From sequence record MZ956761.1: 64,000 nucleotides of DNA. The stretch is one strand, 5' to 3'. A program made the position numbers and the translations under genes. The notes below the pieces were generated by a model that saw only the letters and a list, made by a program, of their open reading frames with translations, was not told the DNA's origin and searched no databases. Positions within the stretch are counted from its first letter, which is position 1, and each line of letters begins with the position of its first letter. Positions 28,659 through 37,175 of the stretch are shown here, one piece after another. This DNA comes from a phage.

Positions 28659-28913
28659 ATGATGCTAGTTAATAGAGAATATCAGTTTAAATCAGAAGAA
28701 GATTTGGAAAAATTCGCGAGTGGTTGTGAACTGAATAGACGCACAGCTAAAGTCATAGGATTAAAACCCTTTACAGTTCTAGATTGTGAAGTTTCTAAAT
28801 TCCGCAGAGGGTGTTCTATTAGCGGTCATGCTCTGGTTGATGGGAACACATTTTTCTTTGTTTTTAGCGTCAGAGAACTTTTATTGATTAACGAACTTGA
28901 GGAAATAAAATAG
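28659..28913 (+). CDS. hypothetical protein (84 aa)
   Basis: ORF with GGAG RBS, own promoter-hairpin upstream. Confidence 0.5.
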   Translation: MMLVNREYQFKSEEDLEKFASGCELNRRTAKVIGLKPFTVLDCEVSKFRRGCSISGHALVDGNTFFFVFSVRELLLINELEEIK

Positions 28914-28958
28914 TTTACTTTTGTTTTAAACATGTTATTATAGACTTATCAAAACAAA
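28913..28958 (+). promoter_or_regulatory. early promoter embedded in 8-bp inverted repeat
   Basis: GTTTAC 28913-28918, TATTAT 28936-28941, arms TTTGTTTT 28920-28927 / AAAACAAA 28951-28958. Confidence 0.55.
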
Positions 28959-28977
28959 CGAGTAAATGGAGAACAAA

Positions 28978-29160
28978 ATGTCTAAAGTATCAGGTTATCA
29001 ATTATTAACACAAGAACAACGTTCAGAGATGGATTCTTTACAAGAACGGTGTCAGCATAGAAATAACGCACTTGATTCATTTTTATTAGTTGAATATGAA
29101 AACTTGTGCTCTAGACTTGAAAAAGAATATGTTCATCAACATGAAGGAGGAGAAGAATGA
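28978..29160 (+). CDS. hypothetical protein (60 aa)
   Basis: ATG 28978 after GGAG RBS. Confidence 0.45.
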   Translation: MSKVSGYQLLTQEQRSEMDSLQERCQHRNNALDSFLLVEYENLCSRLEKEYVHQHEGGEE

Positions 29161-29234
29161 AACTGAAATCACCAATTATTGCAATTTGTCTGTTTGCTTC
29201 TACTAGTGTTTACTTTTGTTGAAAATTGAGATAC

Positions 29235-29242
29235 TATAAATA
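29235..29242 (+). promoter_or_regulatory. T4 late promoter TATAAATA
   Basis: Exact TATAAATA about 22 nt upstream of the sp start. Confidence 0.6.
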
Positions 29243-29263
29243 TAAACTACTGAGGAGATTATC

Positions 29264-29557
29264 ATGAAAAAATTTGTTTTTGCTGCAATTTTTGCTTTGG
29301 CTTCTTGTACTGCTCAGCCTGCTATGGCGGGTTATGATAAAGATTTGTGTGAATGGTCTATGACTGCAGATCAGACTGAGGTTGAAACTCAAATTGAAGC
29401 AGATATTATGAATATCGTTGAGCGTGATCGTCCTGAAATGAAAGCTGAAGTGCAAAAACAGCTTAAGTCTGGTGGTGTAATGCAGTATAATTATGTTCTG
29501 TATTGCGATAAAAACTTTAATAATAAAAATATCATCGCTGAAGTGGTAGGTGAGTAA
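29264..29557 (+). CDS. sp: Spackle (Sp), periplasmic superinfection-exclusion protein
   Basis: 97 aa with signal peptide; sequence agrees with my recollection of T4 Sp. Confidence 0.75.
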   Translation: MKKFVFAAIFALASCTAQPAMAGYDKDLCEWSMTADQTEVETQIEADIMNIVERDRPEMKAEVQKQLKSGGVMQYNYVLYCDKNFNNKNIIAEVVGE

Positions 29558-29569
29558 TTAGAGGTTAGT

Positions 29570-29926
29570 ATGTATAGTTCTGAATTTTCATATTTAAAAA
29601 TGGAAAAAATTTCATACGATTTTATAGATGAAAAGGTTTATTACAGCTTCCATGAACCACGTTTTAATAGTGAGGTTGGGTTTATTGTAGTAAAAGACAA
29701 TTTCATTTTAAAAATATATTCGGCATTAAAGGATTTTCACTACGAAAATATTAACCTAAAATTTGATAAAGAAAACGTTCGTAATTGTGCAGTAACAATT
29801 ACAGGAAATAAAGGTACATGCGTTATGCTATCTGATGAAATTAATGATTTGCTAAATGATGCCGAAAAGGTTGTTGTTCCATCGATTGATGACCAAATTT
29901 TTAATGCTTTTATGAATAGAGGTTAA
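29570..29926 (+). CDS. hypothetical protein (118 aa)
   Basis: ORF. Confidence 0.5.
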   Translation: MYSSEFSYLKMEKISYDFIDEKVYYSFHEPRFNSEVGFIVVKDNFILKIYSALKDFHYENINLKFDKENVRNCAVTITGNKGTCVMLSDEINDLLNDAEKVVVPSIDDQIFNAFMNRG

Positions 29927-29927
29927 T

Positions 29928-30092
29928 ATGAAAACATATAAAGAATTTATTAAAGAAGATATGGTCGCTGGAGATTCAGGTGGTAATCCTGAAAATATCT
30001 CCACTGGAACAACGTCAGGCGCTGTAGTAAATAAAGGTCCTGAACAGATTCCTAAAAAGAAAAAAGAGGAATCTAAAGAAAAAGAAGAGTAA
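29928..30092 (+). CDS. hypothetical Lys/Glu-rich protein (54 aa)
   Basis: ATG 29928 after upstream stop; below ORF-track cutoff. Confidence 0.4.
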   Translation: MKTYKEFIKEDMVAGDSGGNPENISTGTTSGAVVNKGPEQIPKKKKEESKEKEE

Positions 30093-30094
30093 AA

Positions 30095-31123
30095 ATGTCA
30101 TCAATACCTTGGATTGATAATGAGTTTGCATACCGTGCATTAGCTCATTTACCTAAATTCGCACAAGTAAATAATAGTTCAACTTTTAAATTACGGTTTA
30201 GATGTCCTGTTTGTGGAGATTCAAAAACCGATCAAAATAAAGCCCGTGGATGGTATTATGGTGATAATAATGAAGGAAATATTCATTGTTATAACTGTAA
30301 CTATCATGCACCAATCGGAATATATTTAAAGGAGTTTGAACCTGATTTATATCGTGAGTATATCTTTGAAATAAGAAAAGAAAAAGGTAAAAGTCGTCCA
30401 GTAGAAAAACCTAAAGAACTTCCTAAACAACCTGAGAAGAAAATAATTAAATCTCTTCCGTCATGCATTAGATTAGATAAACTGGCGGAAGACCATCCAA
30501 TTATAAAATATGTAAAAGCTCGTTGTATTCCAAAGGATAAATGGAAATATCTTTGGTTTACAACTGAATGGCCTAAATTAGTTAATAGCATAGCACCCGG
30601 AACATATAAAAAGGAAATACCTGAGCCTCGTCTTGTTATTCCAATTTATAATGCTAATGGAAAAGCTGAGTCTTTTCAAGGACGTGCATTAAAGAAAGAT
30701 GCTCCTCAAAAATATATCACCATCAAAGCTTATCCCGAGGCAACAAAAATCTATGGAGTCGAACGAGTCAAAGATGGTGATGTATATGTTCTAGAAGGAC
30801 CTATAGATTCACTTTTTATTGAAAATGGTATAGCTATTACGGGTGGTCAATTAGACCTAGAAGTTGTTCCATTTAAAGATAGACGTGTGTGGGTCTTAGA
30901 TAATGAACCTCGTCACCCTGACACTATTAAACGAATGACTAAATTAGTTGATGCAGGAGAAAGGGTTATGTTTTGGGATAAATCTCCCTGGAAATCAAAA
31001 GATGTTAATGATATGATTAGAAAGGAAGGTGCAACCCCTGAACAAATTATGGAATATATGAAAAATAATATTGCCCAAGGGTTGATGGCTAAAATGCGGC
31101 TATCTAAATATGCTAAGATTTAA
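30095..31123 (+). CDS. 61: DNA primase gp61
   Basis: 342 aa; zinc ribbon CPVCGD...CYNC and TOPRIM-like core. Confidence 0.9.
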   Translation: MSSIPWIDNEFAYRALAHLPKFAQVNNSSTFKLRFRCPVCGDSKTDQNKARGWYYGDNNEGNIHCYNCNYHAPIGIYLKEFEPDLYREYIFEIRKEKGKSRPVEKPKELPKQPEKKIIKSLPSCIRLDKLAEDHPIIKYVKARCIPKDKWKYLWFTTEWPKLVNSIAPGTYKKEIPEPRLVIPIYNANGKAESFQGRALKKDAPQKYITIKAYPEATKIYGVERVKDGDVYVLEGPIDSLFIENGIAITGGQLDLEVVPFKDRRVWVLDNEPRHPDTIKRMTKLVDAGERVMFWDKSPWKSKDVNDMIRKEGATPEQIMEYMKNNIAQGLMAKMRLSKYAKI

Positions 31124-31320
31124 ATTAACCCAACCAAAGCAAATGCTAAATCTACGAATGTATCAAGAGTAATTACTGGAATATTAACACCATGAGCAAT
31201 AGCAATTGGTGATAAAACAAAATTCCAGAGTAAAATTCCTACCGTAGCAGAAATAGTAAAAGCTATACGCTTTTTATTACCTTTGATGGCATTAACAAGT
31301 GCCATTAATTTTTGTACCAT
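31120..31320 (-). CDS. hypothetical small membrane protein on the opposite strand (66 aa)
   Basis: Reverse-strand ORF with strong AAGGAGG RBS 5 nt before ATG; two hydrophobic segments. Confidence 0.5.
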   Translation of the reverse strand: MVQKLMALVNAIKGNKKRIAFTISATVGILLWNFVLSPIAIAHGVNIPVITLDTFVDLAFALVGLI

Positions 31321-31330
31321 ATGTCCTCCT

Positions 31331-31357
31331 TATTGCTTTATATATTTATTGTATAAT
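31331..31357 (+). promoter_or_regulatory. candidate MotA-dependent middle promoter for gene 56
   Basis: TATTGCTTTA box 31331-31340, TATAAT 31352-31357. Confidence 0.45.
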
Positions 31358-31391
31358 TAATCTACTAACCCATGAATTGAAAGGAAAAATA

Positions 31392-31910
31392 ATGGCTCAC
31401 TTTAATGAATGTGCTCATTTGATCGAAGGTGTTGATAAAGCAAATCGTGCATATGCTGAGTATATTATGCACAGTATTGACCCATTGCAGGTTATGCTTG
31501 ACATGCAGCGGCATTTACAGATTCGTTTGGCTAATGATAAACCAGAAACAAATCGTCATCCTGATTCACTTGAAACTGCAGGAGAAGTTCTTGCTTGGTT
31601 GCGAAACCAAGACGATTATATCGCAGACGAAACTCGCGAGCTATATACTTCTCTTGGTGGTATGAGTAATGGTGAAAAAGAAGCTTCTGCTGTATGGAAA
31701 CCTTGGAAGAAACGTTATTCTGAAATGCAATCCAAGAAAATTCAAGATTTATCTCCTGAAGATCAACTTGAAATTAAATTTGAACTAATTGACCAATTTC
31801 ACTTTTTCATGAATAAATTTATTGCTCTTGGAATGTCAGCTGAAGAAATCTTTAAACTTTATTATCTGAAAAATGCTGAAAACTTCGCTCGTCAAGACCG
31901 AGGCTATTAA
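31392..31910 (+). CDS. 56: dCTP pyrophosphatase gp56
   Basis: 172 aa from ATG 31392 with AAGGAAA RBS; N-terminus and size as recalled for T4 gp56. Confidence 0.8.
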   Translation: MAHFNECAHLIEGVDKANRAYAEYIMHSIDPLQVMLDMQRHLQIRLANDKPETNRHPDSLETAGEVLAWLRNQDDYIADETRELYTSLGGMSNGEKEASAVWKPWKKRYSEMQSKKIQDLSPEDQLEIKFELIDQFHFFMNKFIALGMSAEEIFKLYYLKNAENFARQDRGY

Positions 31911-32113
31911 TGGCTCGTTTAAATAAACGTCAGCTTAAGAAAGCCCACAAGAAACGTATTGACCAGCTATTTAAAAATTATGACAAGGAGCTCACATACG
32001 AGCTCTTATCTAATCAGCTCCACAAAGCTTACACAATTAAAACTGGACATATACCATTAGGTAAGTGGGTACATGAAGAAGCCTTAAAATTAATTGTAGA
32101 GCATTCAAAATGA
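31910..32113 (+). CDS. hypothetical basic protein (67 aa)
   Basis: ORF coupled to gene 56. Confidence 0.45.
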   Translation: MARLNKRQLKKAHKKRIDQLFKNYDKELTYELLSNQLHKAYTIKTGHIPLGKWVHEEALKLIVEHSK

Positions 32114-32319
32114 AATTTGATTTTTATGCATGGCAAAAAGCCGGGCGACCGGCTAGTCGAGCATTTGGTTCTGATGGATATAATATTAGAGCCCATTGGA
32201 AGTTTAATGCTCCAGCCGATTATTCTCCGGTAATTATTAACGGTGATGTTGTTATATTAACTAAAATTGGGTATTTTAACGTTCCGCAAGAATTTATTAT
32301 AAATAGTCATGTAATTTAA
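32110..32319 (+). CDS. hypothetical protein (69 aa)
   Basis: ATGA-coupled ORF. Confidence 0.45.
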   Translation: MKFDFYAWQKAGRPASRAFGSDGYNIRAHWKFNAPADYSPVIINGDVVILTKIGYFNVPQEFIINSHVI

Positions 32320-32335
32320 ATAAAAGGAGAATTAC

Positions 32336-32581
32336 ATGGCTAGTACTCGCGGTTATGTTAATATTAAAACATTTGAGCAAAAATTAGATGGAAATAAGAA
32401 AATTGAAGGAAAGGAAATTTCTGTAGCTTTCCCTCTTTATTCTGACGTTCACAAAATTTCTGGTGCTCATTACCAGACATTCCCTTCAGAAAAAGCAGCA
32501 TATTCTACAGTATATGAAGAAAATCAACGTGATGCATGGATTACTGCAAACGAAGATTTGTGGAAAGTAACTGGTGAATAA
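32336..32581 (+). CDS. soc: small outer capsid protein Soc
   Basis: 81 codons; sequence agrees with my recollection of T4 Soc. Confidence 0.85.
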   Translation: MASTRGYVNIKTFEQKLDGNKKIEGKEISVAFPLYSDVHKISGAHYQTFPSEKAAYSTVYEENQRDAWITANEDLWKVTGE

Positions 32582-32585
32582 ATTC

Positions 32586-32612
32586 AAGGACTCCTTTGGG
32601 AGTCCTTTTTTC
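32586..32612 (+). terminator. intrinsic terminator after soc
   Basis: AAGGACTCC-TTTG-GGAGTCCTT-TTTTT. Confidence 0.7.
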
Positions 32613-32677
32613 ATTTTACCGGTTTACTTTCCACAATGAGTATGGTATAATAGAATTATCTTATAGAGGAGATCACT

Positions 32678-32884
32678 ATGTTAAATCGCTGGATTAAACC
32701 AAATGAAGATTTAGATATTATCATTTCACGGCATGTAATGAAAAAATATGAACTACAGCCATGGTCTACAGAAGTTGTTGTGCATTCATTTATGATGTAT
32801 GCAGATGGTTCTGTCGAATTTAATGCAGAGATTCGATATGATTATGGCGAAAAGCAAGTTGAATTCAAAAGAGGCTTTTTGTAA
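32678..32884 (+). CDS. hypothetical protein (68 aa)
   Basis: ORF with GGAG RBS. Confidence 0.45.
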   Translation: MLNRWIKPNEDLDIIISRHVMKKYELQPWSTEVVVHSFMMYADGSVEFNAEIRYDYGEKQVEFKRGFL

Positions 32885-33222
32885 TGTTTATCTTTAATTG
32901 GTTTAAAAGTTTCTTTACGGATTTTTTCTCTACAACTCCTGGGGAAGGTGTAGTTCCTATTTCAAACGATTACCTTCCTTTAACTGTAGTTGAATATGTT
33001 TATATGGGAGATGGAACAGTAGAAGCAGTTACTATGACTTATGAAGAAGCCCAAGAATATTATAAAAATCCTTGGCGCTGGTCAACACCTACATCATCTA
33101 ATACGCAGAATACACAGTCTAGTTCTGATTCATATGATACCAATGTTCCTGTTCATGTATGGACAGGCGATTCATGTGGAAGTTCTTGTGATTCTAGTTG
33201 TTCATCTACATCTTGTGATTGA
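32884..33222 (+). CDS. hypothetical protein with Ser/Cys-rich C-terminal tail (112 aa)
   Basis: Tail [18 protein letters not shown]. Confidence 0.45.
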   Translation: MFIFNWFKSFFTDFFSTTPGEGVVPISNDYLPLTVVEYVYMGDGTVEAVTMTYEEAQEYYKNPWRWSTPTSSNTQNTQSSSDSYDTNVPVHVWTGDSCGSSCDSSCSSTSCD

Positions 33223-33230
33223 GGAAAATT

Positions 33231-33716
33231 ATGGAAGCGATTTTGTTTGAAATGTATATTAGCAGTAATAGTTTGTCGTTTGCTAAAGACGTTCCAATTA
33301 CCGTAGCGGTAATGATTGATAAGGGTTATTGTGACCCAATGTATCTCGTAGAAAATTTCGTTTCAATGCCAGTTCCAGAAGATGCTGAAATAAAACTTAA
33401 AAAGATTGGTATTATTGAAACTGTACCAAATATTCCATTTAGAGCAATTGAAGCATTTACTAAATCAGAATACATTAATGTTAACACAGAAAAATATAAT
33501 GATGAACCTTTATCTTTTTATTCGTACGATTCAGTATATAGTTGGAAAATAGATAAAGGAAATAAATTTATAATTGTGGACGAAGATGCTTTATCATACT
33601 TTATTTCTTCTGTATGGAATAGTTTACATCCAAATTTGCTAAAAATTCATGAATTTGATGATGCTCCTACTGTTGTTTTAGGTAAAACAAATGAAAGTTC
33701 TGAAGAAAATGCTTGA
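33231..33716 (+). CDS. hypothetical protein (161 aa), possibly Mrh by size and position
   Basis: ATG 33231 with GAGG RBS. Confidence 0.45.
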   Translation: MEAILFEMYISSNSLSFAKDVPITVAVMIDKGYCDPMYLVENFVSMPVPEDAEIKLKKIGIIETVPNIPFRAIEAFTKSEYINVNTEKYNDEPLSFYSYDSVYSWKIDKGNKFIIVDEDALSYFISSVWNSLHPNLLKIHEFDDAPTVVLGKTNESSEENA

Positions 33717-33894
33717 ATGGTTCAGTAGACCAAACTCAATGTACATTGATGATGGTTGGGTTGAACAGGCAAATAAAGAAATGCAGAACGAATCAGAAGA
33801 ATGGATGAAATCAATGATTAGCGTTGAGAAAGAAAAGAAATTAGAACGCTCAGCGCTTAAATTGATGAGAGACATCTATGGTGATAAATCGTGA
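33691..33894 (+). CDS. hypothetical protein (67 aa)
   Basis: ORF overlapping upstream 3' end. Confidence 0.35.
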   Translation: MKVLKKMLEWFSRPNSMYIDDGWVEQANKEMQNESEEWMKSMISVEKEKKLERSALKLMRDIYGDKS

Positions 33895-33902
33895 ACAGAG
33901 AT

Positions 33903-34055
33903 ATGACGTTAGAAGAGGCTAAAGCTAAAGCAAATGAAGCAATGGATTTGCTTCTTAAAATTGGCAGTAAAATGATGGAAGAAAATGAGAAATATATCCA
34001 GGAAAACAAAATTCCTGACGGTCCATTAGTAGGCAAAAGGAAATCATATGATTGA
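33903..34055 (+). CDS. hypothetical protein (50 aa)
   Basis: ATG 33903; below ORF-track cutoff. Confidence 0.3.
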   Translation: MTLEEAKAKANEAMDLLLKIGSKMMEENEKYIQENKIPDGPLVGKRKSYD

Positions 34056-34518
34056 AGTAGCAAAACATTATTCAATAGAATTTATGTCTAAAGAAGGTAA
34101 ATCAGTAAATACACTTGATAAAAAGTGCTCATTAATTATTCCTTTAGCAGAAAATCCGGATATTTTAATTAAAGATATAAAAGAAAGAAAATATCCAGAA
34201 AATGTTATTCTAATTATAAAGCATACTGAAGATATTTTGCAGAATACTGATTCACCGTTTTCTTCTTCTGAAGCTTTAACTATTAAAGGCTATAAAAGAG
34301 CTCATGAATATGGTCTTTTTGACCTGTTTGAAGACGATAAAGTTAAATTAGCTAGTCAACCTTCTAAAAGTAAAACATTCATTATTGAAGATATTAAAGA
34401 TATAAATGCATTTGTTAAGATGGTCTGGGCTCATTTTGATGTTGGACTACGCTGGAGAATGTCCGAAGAAGAAAGAAAGATTATTGAAACTAATCGTCGG
34501 TTTGGTTTTTATCGCTAG
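34048..34518 (+). CDS. hypothetical protein (156 aa)
   Basis: ORF. Confidence 0.5.
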   Translation: MIEVAKHYSIEFMSKEGKSVNTLDKKCSLIIPLAENPDILIKDIKERKYPENVILIIKHTEDILQNTDSPFSSSEALTIKGYKRAHEYGLFDLFEDDKVKLASQPSKSKTFIIEDIKDINAFVKMVWAHFDVGLRWRMSEEERKIIETNRRFGFYR

Positions 34519-34526
34519 GAATTAAT

Positions 34527-34709
34527 ATGGATTTATTTGAGATGTTAGAAGATAATCATTCTACGAATATCCAGAATGATTCTAGTGATTATAAGAAAGA
34601 GTACCGTATAGTATTACAGAATTATGGAATTGAAGCCCCAGATGCTCTTCTAGAAGAACTAGCTTCATACCATCTTGACCCTCCGCCCTGGGCTCCCTGG
34701 GCAAAATAA
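34527..34709 (+). CDS. hypothetical acidic protein (60 aa)
   Basis: ORF. Confidence 0.4.
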   Translation: MDLFEMLEDNHSTNIQNDSSDYKKEYRIVLQNYGIEAPDALLEELASYHLDPPPWAPWAK

Positions 34710-34720
34710 TTCAAAAAGTT

Positions 34721-34779
34721 GTTTACTTTCCTTCCTAACAATGATATGATAGCTTCTGAAGTATACGGAGGCTATCATG
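34721..34779 (+). promoter_or_regulatory. early promoter plus inverted repeat overlapping the modB start codon
   Basis: GTTTAC 34721-34726, TATGAT 34745-34750; arms ATGATAGC 34748-34755 / GCTATCAT 34771-34778. Confidence 0.45.
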
Positions 34780-35400
34780 ATTATTAATCTTGCAGATGTT
34801 GAACAGTTATCTATAAAAGCTGAAAGCGTCGATTTTCAATATGATATGTATAAAAAGGTCTGTGAAAAATTTACTGACTTTGAACAGTCAGTTCTTTGGC
34901 AATGTATGGAAGCCAAAAAGAATGAAGCTCTTCATCAGCAGTTGAATAAAATCGTTAAAAAGCATTTAACTAAATCACCTTATCAGCTATATCGTGGTAT
35001 ATCAAAATCGACAAAAGAACTCATTAAAGATTTACAAGTCGGAGAAGTGTTTTCAACGAACAGAGTAGATTCATTTACTACTAGTTTGCATACAGCGTGT
35101 TCTTTTTCTTATGCCGAATATTTCACTGACACAATACTTCGCTTAAAAACTGATAAAGCTTTTAATTACTCTGACCATATCAGCGATATTATACTTTCTT
35201 CTCCTAATACTGAGTTTAAGTATACATATGAAGATACTGATGGATTAGATTCAGAACGTACTGATAACTTAATGATGATTGTACGTGAACAAGAATGGAT
35301 GATTCCAATTGGAAAGTATAAAATAACTTTTATTTCAAAAGAAAAATTACACGATTCGTTTGGAACATTTAAAGTGTATGATATTGAGGTAGTTGAATGA
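34777..35400 (+). CDS. modB: ADP-ribosyltransferase ModB
   Basis: 207 aa; R (LYRG), S-T (FSTN), EQE motifs of R-S-E ARTs; size and position as T4 ModB. Confidence 0.75.
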   Translation: MIINLADVEQLSIKAESVDFQYDMYKKVCEKFTDFEQSVLWQCMEAKKNEALHQQLNKIVKKHLTKSPYQLYRGISKSTKELIKDLQVGEVFSTNRVDSFTTSLHTACSFSYAEYFTDTILRLKTDKAFNYSDHISDIILSSPNTEFKYTYEDTDGLDSERTDNLMMIVREQEWMIPIGKYKITFISKEKLHDSFGTFKVYDIEVVE

Positions 35401-35999
35401 AATATTCAGCAATGCAATTAAAAGATTTTAAAATCAAATCAATGGATGCATCTGTGCGTGCTTCTATTCGTGAAGAATTACTTTCTGAAGGATTTAATTT
35501 ATCCGAAATTGAACTTTTAATTCATTGTATTACTAATAAGCCAGACGATCATTCTTGGTTAAATGAAATAATCAAATCTCGTTTGGAACCAAACGATAAA
35601 CCTCTTTGGAGAGGTGTTCCAGTTGAGACTAAACAGGTGTTAAATCAAGGAATTGATATTATTACATTTGATAAAGTAGTATCAGCTTCATATGATAAAA
35701 ATATAGCTCTACATTTTGCTTCTGGATTAGAATACAACACACAAGTTATTTTTGAATTCAAAGCTCCTATGGTATTTAATTTCCAGGAGTATGCTATAAA
35801 AGCTCTACGTTGTAAAGAATACAGCCCGAGTTTTAAATTTCCGGATAGCCATCGCTATCGTAATATGGAATTAGTTTCAGATGAACAAGAAGTAATGATA
35901 CCAGCTGGAAGTGTATTTAGAATTGCAGATAGATATGAGTATAAAAAGTATTCAACATACACTATCTATACTCTTGAATTTGAAGGATTTAATCTATAA
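35397..35999 (+). CDS. modA: ADP-ribosyltransferase ModA
   Basis: 200 aa; LWRG, SAS, EQE motifs; ATGA-coupled to modB. Confidence 0.75.
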   Translation: MKYSAMQLKDFKIKSMDASVRASIREELLSEGFNLSEIELLIHCITNKPDDHSWLNEIIKSRLEPNDKPLWRGVPVETKQVLNQGIDIITFDKVVSASYDKNIALHFASGLEYNTQVIFEFKAPMVFNFQEYAIKALRCKEYSPSFKFPDSHRYRNMELVSDEQEVMIPAGSVFRIADRYEYKKYSTYTIYTLEFEGFNL

Positions 36000-36055
36000 T
36001 GGAAGGACTTAGATTCATTATACCATGAAAGTTTTAAAGCATTTTTCATAAAGTT

Positions 36056-36085
36056 GTTTACAAGCTGAAGTAAAAATGTTATAGT
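36056..36085 (+). promoter_or_regulatory. T4-type early promoter
   Basis: GTTTAC 36056-36061, TATAGT 36080-36085. Confidence 0.55.
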
Positions 36086-36115
36086 ATAAGTAGTTAACCC
36101 GTCCGTGAGAAAAAT

Positions 36116-36862
36116 ATGAAACTGACTAATAATCAAATTCGTAAAATTAAACGTCGTCTAGAGCATACTCAGGCATCTGCTAAAAGACGTTCTAAAGATT
36201 TTAACTTAGACTTCAATTACATTAAGAACATTTTAGATCAGAAAGTTTGCGCTTACTCAGGAGAACCTTTTGATAATCGTATTGAAGGAGAGAAATTATC
36301 ATTAGAACGTTTTGATAATAACGTTGGATACATTAAAGGGAATGTTATTGCAGTAAAGAAAAAGTATAATACATTTCGTTCTGATTATACTTTAGAAGAG
36401 TTGATTGAAAAGCGTGATTTATTTGCTTTGCGAATTGGTCGTTCATCTGCGAAAAAAGTTCATAAACTAAATTTAGATGAAAAGAAATGGGCTAAAATCA
36501 AAAAGATTTATAATCAAATTAAAGCTATACAGAAAAAACGTGAAAACCGAATTGAACACATTTCTCAGCTTTCTAAATCAAAACAAACCTCTGATATTAA
36601 GCTAACGATTGTAGCACTCAAAGCTCGTATTGATGGTTCTCGCATAGCTGAAGGCGCTGAAGTTGTTAAATTGAACGTTCTTCTTAAAGGCTCGGATTGG
36701 AAAACTGTGAAAAAGTTGTCAGAAGCAGAAATGCAATATGATATGTGTGATAAAATTATTCAAGGTGTAGAGCGGTATCAAAACTTGTCTTTTATTGATA
36801 AACTTAAACTGAAAAGAGGATATCCGCTAAATTGTTCAATTTTTAAACTTATCCGAGGATAA
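36116..36862 (+). CDS. hypothetical protein (248 aa) in the srd position
   Basis: Lies between modA and dda.1 as srd does in T4; degenerate HNH-like DNN-GY-KGN segment. Confidence 0.5.
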   Translation: MKLTNNQIRKIKRRLEHTQASAKRRSKDFNLDFNYIKNILDQKVCAYSGEPFDNRIEGEKLSLERFDNNVGYIKGNVIAVKKKYNTFRSDYTLEELIEKRDLFALRIGRSSAKKVHKLNLDEKKWAKIKKIYNQIKAIQKKRENRIEHISQLSKSKQTSDIKLTIVALKARIDGSRIAEGAEVVKLNVLLKGSDWKTVKKLSEAEMQYDMCDKIIQGVERYQNLSFIDKLKLKRGYPLNCSIFKLIRG

Positions 36863-36863
36863 T

Positions 36864-37175
36864 ATGGTTTATGTATATGCGATAGTTTACCGAGACAAAG
36901 ACGGATTTACGGCGCCAGTTCCGCTTGATGAACATCGTCCTGCTGTATTTTTTGAATGGAAGATTGCTGATAAAGTATTTACCACTCTTAAAGAGCAGTA
37001 TCAACTAGCTTTAGGTAAGGGAATTCCAAGATTAGTTGAGACTCCACGCAAGTTTTGGTTTAATAAAATAGAAGTTAAACATGTTAAGCCTGACGTAGAC
37101 ACGCAAAGATTATATCAGCGAATTTTAGATACTGGGCGTATTGTTAGTATACCAATTGCAGGGAATTTACGATGA
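36864..37175 (+). CDS. hypothetical protein (103 aa)
   Basis: ORF coupled to dda. Confidence 0.5.
   Translation: MVYVYAIVYRDKDGFTAPVPLDEHRPAVFFEWKIADKVFTTLKEQYQLALGKGIPRLVETPRKFWFNKIEVKHVKPDVDTQRLYQRILDTGRIVSIPIAGNLR

Noticed and set aside
31429-31665. 78-aa + strand ORF inside gene 56
   Set aside because: Alternative frame of the dCTPase gene.
36116-36862. Possible HNH homing endonuclease
   Set aside because: Only a degenerate DNN-GY-KGN segment without the catalytic His or Cys ligands; position matches T4 srd, so not called a mobile-element endonuclease.
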